A stretch of 64,000 nt of DNA from Prochlorococcus sp. AG-459-D04 (GTDB taxonomy: Bacteria > Cyanobacteriota > Cyanobacteriia > PCC-6307 > Cyanobiaceae), in assembly GCA_003212035.1 (NCBI GenBank), contig QCRA01000002.1, positions 10,032-74,031 on the forward strand, in the 5' to 3' direction. The notes under the pieces are model-generated. The model was given only the letters and a program-made list of their open reading frames with translations, made no database searches and had not been told where the DNA came from. Positions 61,030 through 64,000 of the stretch are shown one piece after another. Position numbers and translations under genes: made by a program. The number at the start of each line of letters is the position of its first letter. Position 1 is the stretch's first letter.

Positions 61030-61758
61030 TTAAAAGTTATTCTTTATAGGATTGTTGTCAGATCTCAATACACACTTGTCAACTTCCCAGTTAAAGTTCT
61101 GCCATATATAGTCTTTTAATTTGTAGTTGCTTCCAGTAAAAACTCCTAACTTAACTTTTGTAGGTGAAGCCGAACAATACTGCCTGCTTCCAGCTGATGC
61201 AAGATATTGTTGATGATAAGGTTCTGCATAAAAATATTCATCAATCATTTTTATTTCAGTTTCAATTAAACCAAGATTTTTTTTGTTTAATTCCTTTTGA
61301 TATTGTTCCTTACTAGCTAATATAATTTTATGGTTATTTCCATTGGTGTAATATATTGCCGATCTATATTGAGATCCCATATCATTACCCTGCCTGTTTT
61401 TTTGAGTAGGGTCATGACATTCCCAAAACATTTTTAATAAGTCACTTATATCTATTTCCGTTTTGTCCCATATGACTCTTACAACTTCTGAATGACCAGT
61501 TAAGCCAGAACATACTTCATAATAAGTTGGATTATTTTTTTTGCCACCAGCATAACCTACAGAAGTTGTAACAACACCAGGGAGCTTCCAAAAACATTTT
61601 TCAGCCCCCCAGAAACACCCACATCCAAAAATTATTTCATCTTCTTGGCTATTAGGATCTTTTTTGATGTCTGTTTTTAATATTCTATGTAATAAATAAT
61701 CATCATTAGTTAAATTTACCTCCTCATTATTCATAATATTTTTCAGGAATTTAAACAT
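61030..61758 (-). CDS. msrA: peptide methionine sulfoxide reductase A
   Basis: GCFWG, PTYYEVC, HDPTQ..RQGND.GSQYRS, AEPYHQQY. Confidence 0.95.
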   Translation of the reverse strand: MFKFLKNIMNNEEVNLTNDDYLLHRILKTDIKKDPNSQEDEIIFGCGCFWGAEKCFWKLPGVVTTSVGYAGGKKNNPTYYEVCSGLTGHSEVVRVIWDKTEIDISDLLKMFWECHDPTQKNRQGNDMGSQYRSAIYYTNGNNHKIILASKEQYQKELNKKNLGLIETEIKMIDEYFYAEPYHQQYLASAGSRQYCSASPTKVKLGVFTGSNYKLKDYIWQNFNWEVDKCVLRSDNNPIKNNF

Positions 61759-61795
61759 AATTTAAATTTTATTATTATAAGTAAAAAAATCACTT

Positions 61796-63541
61796 TTAGC
61801 CCTTGGCAATTCTGGTAGCTAGTTCTCTTTCCCAAAGTTGTTTATATAGCCCATTCTCTTTTACTAAATCTTTATGGTTCCCTTCTTGAACTATTTCTCC
61901 TTTATCCATTACTAAAACCCTGTCGCAAGTAGCTGCAACAGAAAGTTGGTGACTAATCATTATGATTGTTTTATTACTTCTATCACTCATTTCATCTATT
62001 ATTCTTGCTGCTGTTTTATTGTCTACGCTTGCTAAAGCATCATCAAGAACAACAATAGGAGAATTAACAAGTAGTGCTCTGCCAAGGGCAGTTCTTTGCC
62101 TTTGTCCACCACTTAATGTAATACCTCGTTCACCAACAATAGTTTTAAACTTTTGAGGAAAACTATTGATATCATCAATTAATCCAGCTTTAATAGCGCT
62201 TTCTTTAACTAAATATTTAGAAGCTTTGGGTTCTCCAAAACTTAGGTTTTCTGAAATTGTAGAAGTAAATAAGAATGCTTCTTGAGGAACGATTGAAATA
62301 TTTTTTCTAAGATCACTTAATTTTAAAGTTTTTACATCAATTTCATCTAAAAATAGTTGATTATCAGGAATTTCAATAGTTCTTCCTAGAGACTTTGCCA
62401 GTGTTGTCTTTCCACAACCTACTGGGCCAACTATTGCAATAAGTTCTCCAGGATAAATTTTAAAATTAAGTCGATTTAATGAATTAAATTTTGATCCCGG
62501 ATACTTAATGGTTAAATTTTTTGCTTCTAACAATCCCTTAACCTTTCTTTTTAAAAATTTAGTGTCTGATCTATCCACAATTTTTGGGTTGTTCTGAAAG
62601 ATTTCTTCCACGCGATCCAAACTTACTTGACCGAGTTGAAAGGTATTTAAAGTGAAACCTAATAGAGCTGTAGGGAAGACAAGTCTTTCTACGTAAAGAA
62701 TTAAAGCTACTAAACCACCTATAGAAATAAATCCACTTTCTAGTTGAGAAGTTCCTAACGATAATAAAATCAATAATGAAATTGAGGAAATACCTTGCAA
62801 TAACGGGAAAAGGGTACTCGCTGTTCTTGCAAGTTTTATCGCTGCATTTTGATAATCATTATTGTAAATGTTAAATTCTCTTTTCTCTGCATTCTCTTGG
62901 GCATAAATTTTGATGGCGCTTATACCAGAAAGATCTTCTTGTATTAGGTCACTAAGTTTTGATAATGATTCTTGTTGAGCTTTTCTTTGATTAACCATTC
63001 TGCCGCCAAATAGACTAACAATTCCAAGGATTAAAGGAAATATCATTAAAGCTGATATTGTTAATGTTTTGTTGATAGAAAACATTGAAGGAATAGTGAA
63101 TGAATAAGCTAAGACAATGTTGCACAAGCTTAAAACAGTAAAACCTAGAAGTCTTCTTATGTTTTCAACATCGCTTGTGGCTCTACTAATGATGTCTCCA
63201 CTACCTTTTTTTTGAATCCATTCTGGATCTTGAACAAGTAAATGGTCAAAAAGTTTTTGGCGAAGATTCACCTCTACTTTTCTCCCTATGCCGAAGACAA
63301 TCTGTCTTGAAAATAATCTTATTAACCCCATACAAGTTGCTAAAAATATTAACCACAAAGATTTTGAAATAACAAAATCCGAAGAAAAACCGTTTTGTAG
63401 TTGGTCAATTATATTTTTTACTTCTAAGGGAATAACAACACTTAATATATTTACTATTAAGAGAGCTAAAGCTCCATATAAGAATTCTTTTTTGTAAGGC
63501 CTTAGGTATCTAATTATAACTTTTATCTTTAAATTTTTCAT
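61796..63541 (-). CDS. ABC exporter, fused permease/ATPase (MdlA-like)
   Basis: 6-TM domain, GPVGCGKT, VGERGITLSGGQ, LDDALASVD. Confidence 0.92.
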   Translation of the reverse strand: MKNLKIKVIIRYLRPYKKEFLYGALALLIVNILSVVIPLEVKNIIDQLQNGFSSDFVISKSLWLIFLATCMGLIRLFSRQIVFGIGRKVEVNLRQKLFDHLLVQDPEWIQKKGSGDIISRATSDVENIRRLLGFTVLSLCNIVLAYSFTIPSMFSINKTLTISALMIFPLILGIVSLFGGRMVNQRKAQQESLSKLSDLIQEDLSGISAIKIYAQENAEKREFNIYNNDYQNAAIKLARTASTLFPLLQGISSISLLILLSLGTSQLESGFISIGGLVALILYVERLVFPTALLGFTLNTFQLGQVSLDRVEEIFQNNPKIVDRSDTKFLKRKVKGLLEAKNLTIKYPGSKFNSLNRLNFKIYPGELIAIVGPVGCGKTTLAKSLGRTIEIPDNQLFLDEIDVKTLKLSDLRKNISIVPQEAFLFTSTISENLSFGEPKASKYLVKESAIKAGLIDDINSFPQKFKTIVGERGITLSGGQRQRTALGRALLVNSPIVVLDDALASVDNKTAARIIDEMSDRSNKTIIMISHQLSVAATCDRVLVMDKGEIVQEGNHKDLVKENGLYKQLWERELATRIAKG

Positions 63542-63621
63542 TTAATTTTGCCGATATGATTAAGATAATGTTTCATTTTTGAATATGTGAGCTAATTTTA
63601 TAATTGATTCAGTATTTATTT

Positions 63622-63933
63622 ATGGGTAACGAGCAAAAGCATCCATTACATGAAACCGACAAAAATATTATAGATTCACTTATAACTAAAAATACACCAG
63701 AGGATCTTGACTATATAAATTTAGCGAGATTAATAAATCGTTATACCAATTTTCCTGGAGAAATTGAAATTAAAAACGATATTGAAAAAATTTTAAAATT
63801 TTGGAAAATCACTAAAAATGAACTTTTTTCAAAAACAAAAAATATTTGGTCAAAAAGCTTCAGACCTTCTAATACAAATAAAGACTTAGTTGGCTCAGGT
63901 TTTGATACCTCTAATGGAATTTCATCTGTATAA
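63622..63933 (+). CDS. DUF3288-type protein
   Basis: QKHPL, LARLINRY..FPG, GSGFD; ATG at 63622 preferred. Confidence 0.75.
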   Translation: MGNEQKHPLHETDKNIIDSLITKNTPEDLDYINLARLINRYTNFPGEIEIKNDIEKILKFWKITKNELFSKTKNIWSKSFRPSNTNKDLVGSGFDTSNGISSV

Positions 63934-63951
63934 TTTTTCTTCAATAAATAA

Positions 63952-64000
63952 ATGTTTTCTAATCCATCAAACGCTGAAATTCTAAATAATTTGTTAGAGG
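63952..64000 (+). CDS. 5' end of a gene running off the window
   Basis: ATG and open frame MFSNPSNAEILNNLLE to the window edge. Confidence 0.4.
   Translation, partial: MFSNPSNAEILNNLLE

Overview
AT-rich, gene-dense chromosomal window. Gene content and order point to a high-light-adapted Prochlorococcus marinus-type picocyanobacterium; this is inferred from the sequence, not from a search. Bases 1-34 kb are core metabolism: ccsA, rpe, glpX, hemA, glgC, gnd, pgl, ilvD, a upp-like gene, cobW, purSQ, tandem class II and class I aldolases, accD, prk, leuB, lpxD, proB, ruvX, ycf55, hisA, pgsA and nth. Bases 34.3-39.6 kb form an iron-homeostasis locus with futC, ferritin, a Cys-rich CRP/FNR regulator, three Fur-box-like sites and an unannotated 40-aa Cys/Lys peptide. 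Bases 39.7-43.7 kb are a very AT-rich accessory patch of microproteins that includes a ribbon-helix-helix gene with candidate operators. Next come the urea cluster (urtABCDE, ureEFG, ureDABC), a glucosylglycerate synthesis/recycling cluster, ndhP, uppP, tRNA-Pro(GGG), msrA and an ABC exporter. No CRISPR array, transposase, integrase or rRNA was seen. The most interesting signals are a possible Fur/CRP iron circuit including the hidden peptide, and possible metal-sparing features of carbon-fixation enzymes (Rpe with both His ligands changed to Gln; NtcA/CRP-like sites upstream of both aldolases).
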